A stretch of 64,000 bases of DNA from Octopus vulgaris (lineage: Eukaryota): NCBI GenBank assembly GCA_951406725.2, contig OX597815.1:188046001-188110000 (forward strand), written 5' to 3'. Shown here in pieces: positions 1 to 13,904 of the stretch (the stretch's first letter is position 1; each line of letters opens with the position of its first letter). A program made the translations under genes and the position numbers. The notes under the pieces are model-generated. The model saw only the letters and a program-made list of their open reading frames with translations, did not search any database and was not told the origin of the DNA.

Positions 1-1297
1 TTGATTTCCCATTGCTTTCTTTCTTTTTTTTTCTTTTACTTTCCCATTAATGTATTTTTTTATTTTTGTCTATCACCATTAACCCTATCAAAATCTATAT
101 GGATGACAGACCTCTTTATTTTTCTGAGTCCTTCAAATCCATTATGCCATTTACTACTATCAGCTACTCTGATCAGATGTACGTTTATGGGGGAAATATC
201 ACAGGCAGTGTTTGCCATAACCATATCTGTCAAAAGATATCTAACAATCTTGTGACATTTACTGAGGCTAAAAGACAAAGAAGAGCTGCTCACCACTCCA
301 CTTCACTCCAGTTTTTCATTATCACTGGCAAATTAAAGGGTCCAACAACAATAAAAAAAAAAGAAGAAACAAACAAAAAAGAAAAAAAGAGGAAGCAATA
401 CCCAGCCAATCCAGGAAACTTTCATAGTCTTTATCCTGAAGAGATGTACCAGAAGTCGAAGAATAATGAAAGTGATCACTCTATATGGTCGATCTTGACA
501 TTTTATTCATTGGTAAAGTGATTTCTTTCCGATACATTTATCATGTGTGAGACACCAAACATTACATCTCCATCATCATCCATCACCATCATCCATTTTA
601 CTCGCTTATTTCAGTCATTGAACTACAGCTATGCTGGAGCACTTCCTAAATAAAGTTTTATTCAAAGTGAAGACGTCGAAGCTGACTTATTGTATTGTTG
701 CTTGCCACTCAGTAGGCAACAACAACAACAACAACACTGCTTCACAAAGCAAACATCTTTATGTGGTGTACATTGTTACACTATTGTGCCATTGATTTTT
801 CTATTTTAAAAAAAAAAAAAAAAAGTCACTAACCTTTGTTTAGGTTTTTTTTTTTATTGTTTCAGCAGTGACTTAATTTCAACAGTAAATTTCAAATGGA
901 ATTCAACTCAAAATTTTGAATATAAAATTAAATCAGCAGACACATAATTATAAAACCAATTTAGAGATATGATAGCCTTCAATCTAATACTTTTTAATGT
1001 TTTTTTATTTTTTTTGTTTGTGTTTGTTTTCAAGACTGAAACAGCTCCCTATTAAATATATTCATACTGTTTGTCAAATAAAATAAATTAGATGTAGATT
1101 TCTTTCAGCTTTATTGTCTTTATATTTATTTCTTGTTTGCATTTTTTTCTCCCTCTGACATATTGCAAATAAAAATTACAAGGTTTCACTGTCAGCTGTT
1201 TACTCCTCTTTCCTATGAATCAGCACAGCCTATAAACGTCTGGATCGGTTTTGCCTCTTGCTGTATGGAGCATTAACTGTAGTAAATCCCAGTTTGT

Positions 1298-1346
<49 letters not shown>

Positions 1347-1457
1347 GTGACATAAGGAGGAAATAATAAACTTAACACACAAAATGCTGCCTATCCAATT
1401 TTATTGTTTCTATTAAAGAATCAGTAGAAGTTATGTCAAGTTCCTCAAATATTACCT

Positions 1458-1519
1458 CATATATATATATATATATATATGTATGGTTTTATACACACAT
1501 ATATATATATCCATACAAC

Positions 1520-1551
<32 letters not shown>

Positions 1552-1772
1552 CAACTATATATATACATATATACATACATACAACTATATATATACATAT
1601 ATACATACATACAACTATATATATACATATATACATACATACAACTATATATATACATATATACATACATACAACTATATATATACATATATACATACAT
1701 ATATATATATACATATATACATACATATATATATATACATATATACATACATATATATACATATATACATAC

Positions 1773-1809
<37 letters not shown>

Positions 1810-1866
1810 CATATATACATACATATATATATATACATATATACATACATATATATATATATATAC

Positions 1867-1904
<38 letters not shown>

Positions 1905-1987
1905 ACATATATACATACATATATATACATATATACATACATATATATACATATATACATACATATATATACATATATACATACATA

Positions 1988-2019
<32 letters not shown>

Positions 2020-2100
2020 CATACATATATATACATATATACATACATATATATACATATATACATACATATATATACATATATACATACATATATATAC

Positions 2101-2135
<35 letters not shown>

Positions 2136-2349
2136 CATATATACATACATATATATATATATACATATATATACATATATATACATATATATATATACAT
2201 ATATACATACATATATACATATATACATACATATATATACACATATATATACATATATATACATATATACATACATATATACATATATACATACATATAT
2301 ATACATATACATATACATATATATACATATATATATATATACATACATA

Positions 2350-2381
<32 letters not shown>

Positions 2382-2425
2382 CATACATACATATGTATGT
2401 ATATATATATAGTTGTATGTATGTA
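1458..2425. repeat. Complex (AT)n/(ATAC)n microsatellite with a 30 bp higher-order unit at its start
   Basis: Almost pure AT/ATAC. ACAACTATATATATACATATATACATACAT recurs every 30 bp from about 1551 to 1700. Source of the spurious YI-rich ORFs. Confidence 0.97.
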
Positions 2426-4664
2426 TATTTAACAATTTTGTTAAAATTACTGTTGAATTTTTAAAAAATTTTATTCCATCCTCCCACACACATTCTAAAC
2501 TGATAAAAATTATTATTTTTCTATTTTATTTTGTTTCAAGCCAGAGCAACTATATTTATTTTGATTATGTTTGATATTTTGTTTAAAGAAGTTATATAGC
2601 TTCAATTGGCTGTTTAAAGAATTTCTTTCGATTTCTGAAAAGCCTATTTTATTTTAGGCAATGCAATTCCTTTGAAATCTTCTTAAAACGTTAGTTTGTT
2701 TGCTACGCATATAAGTACAAATGTTATGTTTATCTTCCTGTTTTCTTTACTTTATATATATATATTTTTTTTTTGATAAGAGTTCAATGAACACAGTTGT
2801 TATGTTTGATAAGATAAAGTTTGTAGTCAGAGACAAGTTTCGACAACCCTCCCCCCTTGCCTCCCACTCCTCTCTCTGTGTCTCTCCTGACATTATCCTA
2901 ACATGTAATTTAGATTTGTCATTTAAATGTATCTTACAGAAATGAATAATGATACTAGCTTTCAAATTTTTCTTTACATCTAGCACTTATTATCAGCGAA
3001 AACACACTTTTTAGAAGACAACTTGAAGAAAATATCAGCTCTGCCAAATTAATCTTGTTCATACATTATAACACACACACATCTGCGCACCTAACGATGA
3101 TGATGATGATGATATATATATATATATATATATATGTAAATACACGTACCAAAGCTAATTTATTTTTATTATTTGTTCTGATTTTTAAAATGTATAACTA
3201 ATTCTATTATCTTTTTCAATGTCTGCATATATACAGATATCAGTGTCAGAGCAAAATTATTAGATTTAATCAGGTAAAATCTTCCTCGCTGTTAAAATTA
3301 TCATCCGAATGAAACTTGATAGAAATATATATGTATATATATATACATATGCTTGAAAAGAAATCGCTACTACTACTACCACCACCACCACCACCACCGT
3401 CGCCGACACTACAACTACTGTCAGCTGGGCTGCTAAAGCTATTTGCAACCACAGCAGTAATTGTCATTAATGCCACCATAGTCACCCCTGCTATTATCAG
3501 TAATACAATTACCACCATTGCTATGACCAAGATCACCAGGCTTGTGTCTTGCTCTAATTTTCACTCAGAAAAGAGAAATAATTGCATTTTTAAAGCATCA
3601 TAATGGATTTCAGAATAAAGGCTGAACACATAACTTGAAATCATTGATTGAATGGGTTATTTTTATGTTGCTTCAGTTGATATGTTATTATTAAGCAAAT
3701 AAGAAAGATCAAAGCTTTGCCATTATTTTCTTTAAATGTTATTATTCTCATTCCCGTTGTCAAATTACTCATTATCCAGTAGGAATCGATATTTGAATAT
3801 TTCTCTTCCTATTTTTACCTGGGAATGTTTCTCACCTTACAAGATGAACAGAGAAGTTAAATATTAAGCCTACCTGCTTAAGCTTAGTTGTTTGAATGTT
3901 GTTATTTAGTTAGCTTTGTAGCTTTTGAAAGGAAGATGTTGCTAGCCCATTGTATCTCAGATATGGAATGTAGGAAGAATTTATTCACAAGCAATCATCA
4001 AAACTGAACCAGATAATTTCCTGAATATATCACAAACTTATATATTAACAATATTATGAGAAAACATCTTTTTAGGCAGCAAGCAAGCAAGCAAGCAACT
4101 TCTAGAAGTGGCTAACAATCACCATTAAAAGATTAAAAATTAGATTTCAGCTTGGTTTCAAATTTATCTAGGAAGTCATTTTTATATCAATTTATGAAAA
4201 ATGTACAAGAGTTATATATTTGCGAAATTAATTTGTATTTCGACTATTGTAGTTTTGTAAGATAGGTATAATTTAGAAGATAAAAAATTCTGATTTAGTT
4301 CACATGACAAAGTAACCAAATTAATAAATCTTAAAAGTGAAATTCTTAAGAGTCTTTTATATATATATATATATAAAAGTACTTTTAATGTTGCTACTTT
4401 GAATAAGTATATTAAAATCTCTTAATATATTAATCAGAAAGTATAAAGGTTTATTTTCAAATGTAGCATAGCAATATCAATTCCAGTTACTTTTGTATCT
4501 ATATGGATTTTAAGGCAGCTTTTGATTCTAAGGAATAATTTAAAAACATATTACCTGAACTATTTTCTTTTCACACTGTGCACATGTTGAGTGTGAATTT
4601 ATGTGTGCATGTGTATGTATGTATGTATCTATGTGTATGTGTGTGTGTGTATATATATATATAT

Positions 4665-4988
4665 AATCTGAAAATGTATAGTATTAAATATCCATCATGG
4701 CTGGTCTTACCAATCGGTTTCACGTCAAGAATACAATAGAGTGTTAGGTAACAAACTGATTATATAACTTTATGCTCATCAGAGTTAGCCGATATGGAAG
4801 GGAATATGGCGACTGCTCTATATTGACAATAGTGAACAGTCGCCAGATTCCCTTCCATATCAGCTAACTCTGATGAGCGTAAATTTATATAACCGGTTTG
4901 TTATCAAACACTCCATTGTATTCTTTACACAAAACCAATTGGTAAGACCAGCCATGATGGATATCTAACACTATACATTTTTGGATAA
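4665..4988. repeat. Fold-back palindrome (about 155 bp arms) of a Penelope-like LTR remnant with a hammerhead motif in each arm
   Basis: Arms are reverse complements about a centre near 4825. Right arm reads CTGATGA(4870)-GCGTAAA...CTTTACAC-AAAA-CCAATTGG-TA. Left arm (minus) keeps CTGATGA and GAAACCGATTGGTA. Confidence 0.8.
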
Positions 4989-5127
4989 TATACCCACTCT
5001 ACTGATAGATATACAAGTGCATCTTTTCCCTAACTTATTATCTTTTAGACCACTCATATGCATGTGTGTGTATATATATATATATATATATTAGAAGGTT
5101 TGGAGATGATGTACAGGTATTATATAA

Positions 5128-5316
5128 TAGAAGAAATAAGGTACTCGTAAATATGAATGGTTTTATATTTACAGATATTTATTAATATGTCACGTGTTTT
5201 TATAAATCATATATTAGCGCTTGCGTCCACTCTATATGTCACATATAAAAACATGTGACATATTAATAAATATCTGTAAAAATAAAACCATCCAGATTTC
5301 CAAGTACCTTATTTCT

Positions 5317-5322
<6 letters not shown>
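5128..5322. repeat. Inverted repeat with about 75 bp arms, flanked by (TA)n
   Basis: AGAAGAAATAAGGTACT...ATGTCACGTGTTTTTATA pairs with TATAAAAACATGTGACAT...AGTACCTTATTTCTTCT. Confidence 0.85.
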
Positions 5323-5371
<49 letters not shown>

Positions 5372-5377
<6 letters not shown>

Positions 5378-5550
5378 TAATCCAAACAAGAAAACACAGA
5401 AAAAAACACAGCAACGTGAGGACGTGGAACAATTAAAGTATTATTTGACGCTCAGGAAAGAAGGGAAGGAGGGTTTAACGTTTCGAGTGGGGCTCTTCGT
5501 TGGAAACAAGGAGAAGGAAAGATCCCAAGAAGGGAAGACAGAGGAAAAAA
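5372..5550 (-). mobile_element. Penelope-like LTR remnant with a decayed minimal hammerhead (5473-5507)
   Basis: Minus strand GTTT-CCAACGA-A-GAG-CCCCA-CTC-GAAA-CG-TTA-AAC; core mutated. Related copy at 53520-53710 (+). Confidence 0.6.
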
Positions 5551-5577
5551 AAATATATATATATATATCAGAGCAGG

Positions 5578-6273
5578 TATAGCTGTGTGGCTAAAAGCTC
5601 ACTTTGAAACTTTGTGCCATACCATAGAGTAAAAATAGAAATAAATTTACACACATGGAAAACCATCGAACCTTTTGTTTGCAAGTGGCACTGTGTTATT
5701 TCGACCAGAAAGTAGGCTTTTAGTTGCTGTACACATGCGAAATAATATGATTTCAACTTCAGACATTTCATAATCCATTGCTATGTCCTCCTACTTATGC
5801 GAGACTGCAACACCAATTTATGTGTTGACTTCTTTGGATTGCAAGTAATCCTATGGTGAATGCCCTGAATAACTTCCAGCATTCAAACTGTAGGGTCTCT
5901 TTGTTTTGGGACATTGTGCATTGACCCTGTAGGGCACCACTTCTTATCCAACATTTGTATTGTTCGCATTGCTATTAAATCTCTACCTAGAAACTACACT
6001 TCAAAAATGCCACATGTTTACTTAACAGAACCTGTTCTCATTTCCACTTCCATTCTTTCTGCTATTGAGAAAAGGCTAGACATGTTCACTCAATGCAATC
6101 TTATGATCAGCTAATGTGGTGAGGTGAAGATAACATAGCTTATTGAAGAAACCACATGGCTAAGCCCACACACTAGAAAACACAGGAAGCACCTATGCAT
6201 ATGCTAATGGTTCCCAGCTTTTTCAATATCTGGGCTTGATCCAAACCCTGGACTTTTTTAGGGGCCACACCAT
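5578..6273 (-). pseudogene. Decayed Tc1/mariner-superfamily transposon, DUF4817-type HTH N-terminus (coding about 6083-5712)
   Basis: Minus translation MSSLFSIAERME...RTIQMLDKKWCPTGSMHNVPKQRDPTV*...NPKKSTHKLVLQSRISRRT*QWIMKCLKLKSYYFACVQQLK fits the TGSV...PKKSxRKLA..GISR..RILK.LKLxPY..VQQL pattern. TIR-like end near 6273; left boundary uncertain. Confidence 0.75.
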
Positions 6274-6610
6274 AAAAAGTAAAACACAAATTGATTAAAG
6301 AAAACATTATTATATTTATAGAGGGACTGTTGGGGGCCACTGGAAGGATGGAAAACAAAATGGACCATGCAAGAAATGAACACAGAATATAATGAGACAC
6401 AGATAAATAGTGCAGACATGCCACTGTTAATATAATTCAGTCAATCCTCTTAAAACACTTTGATTAAATGTATGAAACAGAGATATTCAGTCTTGAACGT
6501 CTCTCTAATAAATTTAAAGATTAGAAAAAGATGCTTGCTAGAATTTAGAATTTGGTGGATAATAACATGTTCCTTAGACTTTTTGATATTTTTTCATATA
6601 TATATATATA

Positions 6611-7019
6611 CTAGCAGCTAACCCTGGTTTCACCCGGTCTGTTTGGATGATGTGGCTGTGATCATTTTTGGTTAGGCATAATCTATGACAGCGTTTGTCA
6701 ACCTTATCATTTCGGGTCCCCTGTTTTGATTAGAGCCTCCAGCTATGTGAAAATTTCCTGACCCTGCCCCATCAGAAAACAGCTTCTAAGCAACTGGTTG
6801 TTTTAATGGCAGAAGAAAGAGAAAAATTCTTTAAGAAAAAGTTTTAATTGATTTTCTCAGTAAGTATGGGGGTTGGGAAAAAAATACAAACTGCATTCCA
6901 ATCTATGCACCTGTCTCCACATTTGTGCCGTTTTTCATGTGAATCCACCCAGCCGTTTGGCTGTGAACCTCAAGACAAGAAAGAATACAACGATTGCCCA
7001 TGTCCAATTATATTATAGA
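6611..7019 (-). mobile_element. Non-autonomous Helitron
   Basis: On minus it begins TC(TATAATATAA), ends CTAG with a GC-rich subterminal hairpin, and is inserted in AT within (TA)n. Confidence 0.75.
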
Positions 7020-8182
7020 TATATGAAGGAATATCATTCTCAAAACTATCTACATTTTCGATGTAGCATTGGGCCGCATGGAGGCAAAGTGGCGACTAGT
7101 ACAACATCTTCGTTCAGCAGTTACAAGCAGTTGAAATAACACAATGACACTTGCAAATGAAAGGCTGGGTGCTTCATTTTGTGTGTAAGTTTATTTCTGT
7201 ACTTACACTATGCTAAGGAACCCAAGCTACTTCTGTGTGTGCCATTCTGTATAAGACCAAACAATGTCTGGAATTGTCTTCTGTAATTGACAATAAAATC
7301 AAAACACTATTTATTCATGGACTAAACTGTTTTCATTTTCGGTTCTTATACTTTCTCATGAACATGCTTAACATCTTAACCCCATTAATATCTTAACACT
7401 AACCTAACTATTACCTTTTATAAATGATCATCTGATTATTATAGGGTTATTGATAGCAAGACTGCATTTAAGGTTAATATTGTTACATTTTATTTATGAA
7501 TAAGAAACAGATTTAATTTTGTCCAAAAAAAATCAATATAATGAAGTTTTACTTTTGCTCAGAATTTATCGTGATTTTCAATTGTACTCTTAGCATCACA
7601 TTGAAAATGTTTATATAGATTATAAGAAAATGTTTGTCGTCTATCCATTCTGATAAATCCTTAACATCTCATGAGATTAGCCTGATGTATGAAATTATGT
7701 AGTCATAAACTAACAATTGTTTAAAACGAAATTCTGCTATTGAAAATTCTGAATAAAAATGGAATCTAAATTGTTTTAGAGGCTGCACACTTAAATATTT
7801 ACAAAAGCTACTAGTGGAAGGAATTACTGTTTCTCCATATAAATTTTGACATCTCTTTATTGTGAAACTGCTAATAAAATAAACTGTGCATAATGTTTTT
7901 ATCTTTGTTTTATCTTTTCTTTTTCCCAATCTCCTATGTATAATTCTTCACATGAAAAGAATCTTTAGCAACAGATATTTTTAGATATTTTGAATCTGGA
8001 TTTTGCATTATACATTGCAATTGTAGTTTCTCTCTTTGAAAATTCCATAAAATAAATTGTAAACAAAATTGGAAAAAATAAAAGAAAAAATGTTAGCATG
8101 AAATTGGAATCTTTTACATAGTATAGCTTGATAATGAAATGTTTAATCATTTTGTGAACAGTTTTGATGTTTCATTTCTTTC

Positions 8183-8584
8183 ATCTTTTGCTTGTTTCAG
8201 TCATTAGACTGTGGCCATGCTGGGGCACTATTCTCTGAAGAATTTCAGTTGAATGAATTGAACCTAGTGTTAATGTCTTTTTTTTCAGCTTGGTACTTAT
8301 TCTAATCTGCTAAGTTATAGGGACATAAACACACCACCACCAGTTGTCAAGCAGTGGTGGAGGAAAAAAATAGACACAAAAACACATACACACACACACA
8401 TATATATATATATAAATATACAATAGGCTTCTTTCAGTTTCCATCTACCAAATCCATTCACAAGGCTTTGGTTGGCCTGAGGCTATAGTAGAAGGTATAT
8501 GACCAAGGTTCCCCACTGTGGGACTGAACCCGGAACCATGTGATTGGGAAGCAAACTTCATACCACTCAGCCATGCCTGTGCCT
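8183..8584 (-). mobile_element. tRNA-derived CORE-type SINE (family A)
   Basis: Head with A/B-box-like TGGCTGAGTGG and GGTTCAGTCCC, CORE-like ACCTTGG segment, internal microsatellite, tail CAGCATGGCCACAGTC..TGACTGAAACAAG. Confidence 0.9.
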
Positions 8585-10745
8585 ATAGACTTCACATTAT
8601 TAGAAATATTACACAGTTCATCATGTGGCTGTTGATAGAGTTGGGTGCCTTATTATGATAATCTGATTACAGCGGAGAGCTTTGCATTATCATCCAGCAT
8701 GCTTTATGTTAAAGTCAGATCTTCTTCAAATGCCTTTCATTTGTCTCTCCTGGGGAGACCACAGTTATAAAATTTAAACTATAGATGTGCTTATAAGAAA
8801 AACAGGATCACTTTATCTTGAATACCAGGAAAATTTGTTCAGAAAGTCAGTCTCATAACAGGCGTGAACAGAAACTCCCAGCAATGCTGTATTTAGTTTT
8901 ACATTCTGTAAAACGGATTAAAAAGAGAAAAGAAGACAAGCACCTAATCACTTTCCCATTGTATATAGTCTCAGCTGATGTGTCTTGAATATTTTGTAAT
9001 GACAGGCATTCAACAGAAAATGTTAGCTAAAACATTTGGTAATCATGAATAAAATTCCTCGGAACAAAGCTAATTTTAAATATGCTCTTAAAGTATAATT
9101 ATGGAAACAAACATATCATAGTATTAAAGTAATAAGTGATGTATTTTCTGAAAATAATTGAAATGTTAAAATGATTAATGATGACATGTATTGAGCATTA
9201 AAATTTGAATAAATAAAGAAAAGTTATGATTAAATACAGACTGATTTTCATTCACCTAAAATTATATTTCTCAAACTTGAGGTAAATGTAATTTACTTCT
9301 ATAACTTTAACTAATGTCTTTCAAGGAAGGAAACTAAACAAGAAAGAAAACTAAATACAAAACATCATTAACTTATTATCTCAATTAATCAATCAATTAT
9401 AGCTGTGTGATTTTTCAAATTCCAACAGTAATACAGTTAGTATCTGGCTCTGCCATTGAAACTTTAAACTATGAGTTTTAATAATTAAATAAAAATTCTA
9501 TCAACATTAGCCAAATTTAATTTACTTTCCTTCATTACCGTACAACTGATTGTTGGATTCTGAAATCTGAGAGCATTTGGGAAAAAAACAAAAATTATTT
9601 GTCTGCAAATAAAACTTATCCCATCTTGGGAAAATTATATTACCGTGTTTAAAATCTCTAAAGATAACTAACATTTCATTTAAAAGTGTTACAACTATTT
9701 ATATTTGTGTTGAATGTGTAGTTAATTTTAGTTGGGAACCTTGATAAACAGGGAACCATTTTTTATCACTAGTAAAACCCAGCACAATATTTTACTTAAG
9801 TTTCATTGACCTACTTCAACTAAGCTTCTTAAACTAGTCACTTGATATCCTGCCCAACAGAATATTTCCACTAACATGACAGTTCTCTTCAAATTTCAGG
9901 CAGGCAATTCAGGAATCTACTTTGATCAACTTTTACTATCTATAGTTATGTTGATTCTTAATCTATTCCCTTTTTCGTCATCTCTGTAATCTCTATAATC
10001 AATTCCATTTTCATTCCTGTTATAAATTCCACTTTACAATTGGCTTCAACTTTTATGTATTAAAATGTTCCTTGATGTAAATGATAAATACAGTTTCATA
10101 CACTTGCCTCTTCTACTTGATTAAAGATGCTGAATTAAATCTTTATGAATGTAGGCATGATAGAACATTTCTCAAATATGCTTAATCTTTAGATTTTATT
10201 ATATTACTCGTTCTATGGTTACTTCCATCAACTTACCTGCTTTGTTCCACAAACCAACTAACTGTATGTCTTACGATACAAGCCTATAATCTCACTGACA
10301 TTCCTACTAGCTACCATATTGACATATCTAAAAGCCATGCCCGACAACAGTACTGCTTATGGTTTCTTTTTCTGTCAATCAGTTTAACAGGAAAATCAGC
10401 GAAATATTTCTCCATGTTCAACTTACATTTGAAATACTACACTCGTTCTTACCTTTACATTGATGAACTTGAGGAAATTACCTGCTATTATTTTCAAGCC
10501 ATTCTTGTGCAACACTTTGCATTTAGAATTTTTCCAAGCTGCTTTACGAGGATTTTATTCTTTGAATATATTCCATTTATGTGTGCAGGAGTTGATAGAG
10601 CTTTTTCTGTTTGTATTATTAGACTTATCCAACTTGATGCCAACAGATAAGACACCTGAAAAGCTAGCAGCCATTCAAATAATAGAATGATAATATTTTG
10701 ATGGATAATATCATGTACATATATTTATGTATATATATATATATA

Positions 10746-11035
10746 CCGGAGTAAACACATAAATGTGAAACAAGGTGGAAAAAAGAGTACTCAAATACCA
10801 GTGGTAGAGTAATATGCTTTTTTCGAGTAGCGTGCGTATTGTGAAAAAATTATATGGTTAATGGACAATATGTCCAATTTTTCGGCATATTTGGCATTAG
10901 AAATTTTTTCCTTTGCCCTCATTTATGAATTGTTTATAAATTTAACCATTAAAGGTATTTTTTAATATGCTGGCCATTGATAAAATTTTTTTCGAGAAAA
11001 TATTTTTTTTTCGAAAAGAATTTTATCCTCACATT

Positions 11036-11040
<5 letters not shown>
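10746..11040 (+). mobile_element. Penelope-like LTR 3' remnant, related to 41990-42415
   Basis: Shares GGCATTAGAA..TTTGCCCT...TTTATAAATTTAACC.TTAAAGGTATTTTTT.ATATGCTGGCCATTGATAAA with 42291-42381. Confidence 0.6.
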
Positions 11041-11077
<37 letters not shown>

Positions 11078-11289
11078 ATACATACATAGAACCTGATATT
11101 TACATGCTGTTATTTATAGTATTTGTACTTTGTGATCCAGTTACAAAATAGAATTAATGGATGTACTTCTCTCAAAAGTTTATAATTTTCATGACATCAA
11201 AAATGCACACACACACGTGGGTTTATGTTTATGTATATACATATGTGTGTGTGCGTGTGTATGCAAGAGTGTGTGTATGGGTATTGTCA

Positions 11290-11610
11290 TCATCATTTAA
11301 CATTCATTGTCCATGCTGGCATGGGTTGGATGGTTTGACCAAAGCTGGAGGGCTGCACCAGACACCAGTCTGATTTGGCATGGTTTTCTATGACTGGTTG
11401 CCCTTCCCAACCATTCCGAGAGTGGTTGGCTGCTCAACTTGCAAGGAACAGTAGCCAAATTTCTCTCAAAGTACACCCTACTGTCTTGAAAAAATATAAA
11501 CCAGATTGGATAATGCAGTTTTGGTCTTGTGTGCATGTACTTTGAAGAAAAGATGAGATGGTCACAGCTGATTGCTCAAACAGTGATAAACCTCAGGCTA
11601 AACAACTACA
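11290..11610. mobile_element. RTE 3' tail (minus, about 11290-11425) next to an unclassified interspersed repeat (family E)
   Basis: CCATGCTGGCATGGGTTGGA tail motif. The family E motif TAGCCAAAT.TCTCTCAAA..ACACCCTACTGTCTT recurs near 13100, 23460, 44320, 47790, 57800 and 61390. Confidence 0.65.
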
Positions 11611-12390
11611 GCACCACAACACCACTGCCACCACCATCACTACCACAACCACCATCACCAACAACAACAATGACAGCAACAACAGCAGTGTCAGAAATCA
11701 ATCTGCATAAATTGATTGGCTTTAAAATGAGATGTATTTTAGAAAAGTTAAAAAAAAAAAAAAAAATCAATTAAAAATATATTATATGTCCTGAGGAAAT
11801 TTAATATCTTCTTTCATTTTATAGGGAAAAATTATATTTCTGTCAATAGAAAGCACATAAAAATGATTTTTATCTCATTGCAGTGACAAAGACAAAAAAA
11901 AAATTTTTTTTAATTCATATTTTAGTTTTGTTATATATTATTTCAGGATGAAATTTATTAAGTCTGTCTTTAAGAAACATTAATTTATTCGTATATTAAC
12001 AAGCTTTTGCTAATGTTCTGGAATTGTAACGAAATGATATTAAATATCAGTCATAAAAAAATGTTATTTAATATTAATTACAAAATATTTTTTTTAAAAG
12101 ATTGGTTTCAAATCTCACTTTGTCTTTGGTGTGAAAGTACATATAAGAGTTTTATTTGTATAATGAGTATGATGATTATCCCATAAACATGAAAGTGCAA
12201 TGAGCACTTCTTATTGCAGTAAGAAATTTTTCTTAGATTTCATAAACTTCCCATTACCCTTTCATTCCATAATTGGGGGCTAATTAACTGAAGTAAAGTT
12301 TATTTACTGTTTGGAGTTTATTAATCAAAATGAAATTTGAGTTGATTAACTAAAATAAAAATTTCCCTTCAAATAAAGTTTTCCTTAAAG

Positions 12391-12692
12391 GTGCTGGAGT
12401 GGCTGTGTGGTAAGAAATTTGCTTCCTGACCACATGGTTCTGGGTTCAGTCCCACTGTGTGACACCTTGGACAAATGTCTTCTATTATAGTCTCAGATTG
12501 ACCAGAGCCTTGTGAGGGGATTTGGTACATGGAAATTGAAATAAGTCTGTTGTTTGTGTGTGTGTGTGTGTGTGTGTCTGTCCCCCACTGCTGCTTGACA
12601 AGTAGTGTTGGTTTGTTAATGCCCCCATGACTTAGCTGTTTGGAGGAGGTGTTCCAGCATGGCCACAGTTTAATGACTGAAACAAGTAAAAG
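12391..12692 (+). mobile_element. SINE family A
   Basis: GGAGTGGCTGTGTGGTAAG...GGGTTCAGTCCCACTG..ACCTTGG.CAA head and GACTGAAACAAGTAAAAG tail. Confidence 0.9.
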
Positions 12693-12697
12693 TTTGG

Positions 12698-13036
12698 TAA
12701 TTGTAGCTGTGATACCAGTGCTGGTGGCACATAAGAGAACCATCCAAACGTGGCCGTTGCCAGCACCACCCTGACTGGCTTCCATGCCGGTGGCACGTAA
12801 AAAGCACCATCCGATCGTGGCTGTTTGCCAGCGTCGTCTGGCACCTGTGCTGGTGGCACGTAAAAAGCACCCACTACACTCATGGAGTGGTTGGCGTTAG
12901 GAAGGGCATCCAGCCATAGAAACATTGCCAGATCAGACTGAGCCTGGTGCAGCCTTCTGGCTTCCCAGACCCCAGTTGAACCGTCCAACCCATGCCAGCA
13001 TGGAAAGCGGATGCTAAACGATGATGATGATGATGA
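12698..13036 (+). mobile_element. 5'-truncated RTE-type LINE 3' UTR
   Basis: Tandem GTGCCGGTGGCACGTAAAAAGCACC units, GTTGGCGTTAGGAAGGGCATCCAGC, (GAT)n tail. The same UTR is joined to RTE ORF2 at 37322-37918. Confidence 0.85.
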
Positions 13037-13904
13037 ACCTATGCCTCTCTCAATACAAAATTATATGAGATGGGCCAGTGAAGAAACCTATATGTAATCA
13101 CTCAGCCTGCTAGAAATAGCTGACAAATCTCACCCAAATAACAATCTTGTTTTAAAAAAAGCAAAGCAAGTACATATTTGGATAATGGAGTCATAAATAT
13201 ACTCTAAATAAATGCTGAGCTGGGCTTAAAGAACAGCATAATTATGTAGGACTCTAATTATTGCTAGAACACATAAAATATTATCCAGCTGAGAAGCAAT
13301 CACTCCATTGGTAAACTGATAGAAATCAAAATCTGTTTAAAAGCTATGACAATTGATATAATGACATCTCTTGTGTGATAGTTTTTCCAGTTCATATGCA
13401 AAACGTTTGGTAATGATTTGTAAATAAGCTGATAATCTCTGTCATTAAGATTGTGTAATATTTACTGTGAATGACAGAGACAGTATCAGCATAACATACG
13501 GAGAGATCTTTAAACTGGTGTTTACAATGTTCTTAGCAATTAAGATTGGCAGCTATAGCAATAGAAAACTAGTGATTCCGATCTGAAGTTGAGATGATGT
13601 TATAAATAGATGAGCAGTTCTGAAACTAGACAATAAATCTTTAATTTTTGAAGAATTTGATATAATGTAAGATGATCATGAACATATTGCGATATAATAA
13701 GGTAAAGGCATAAAGGATACAACACAACATTTACTATTAAAAAAAAAGTAGCAACTGAAGCTGAAAGTTATTTTCTCAACAATAATACTAAATGTTAAGT
13801 GATGTGGTTTTGAACATTTTAAAAATTTGGTCCAGATCCAAAATCTGGATTTTTCTAGGGGTCTCCACCAAAAACAGTAAAACATAATTCAATTAAAGAA
13901 AATG

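Noticed and set aside
1433-2489. Several overlapping ORFs of 240-345 aa
   Set aside because: Stop-free translation of an AT/ATAC microsatellite in most frames.
10455-10660. Possible minus-strand exon (TTTTCAG ... GTAAG)
   Set aside because: No frame is open through it and no recognisable product; a non-coding exon cannot be excluded.
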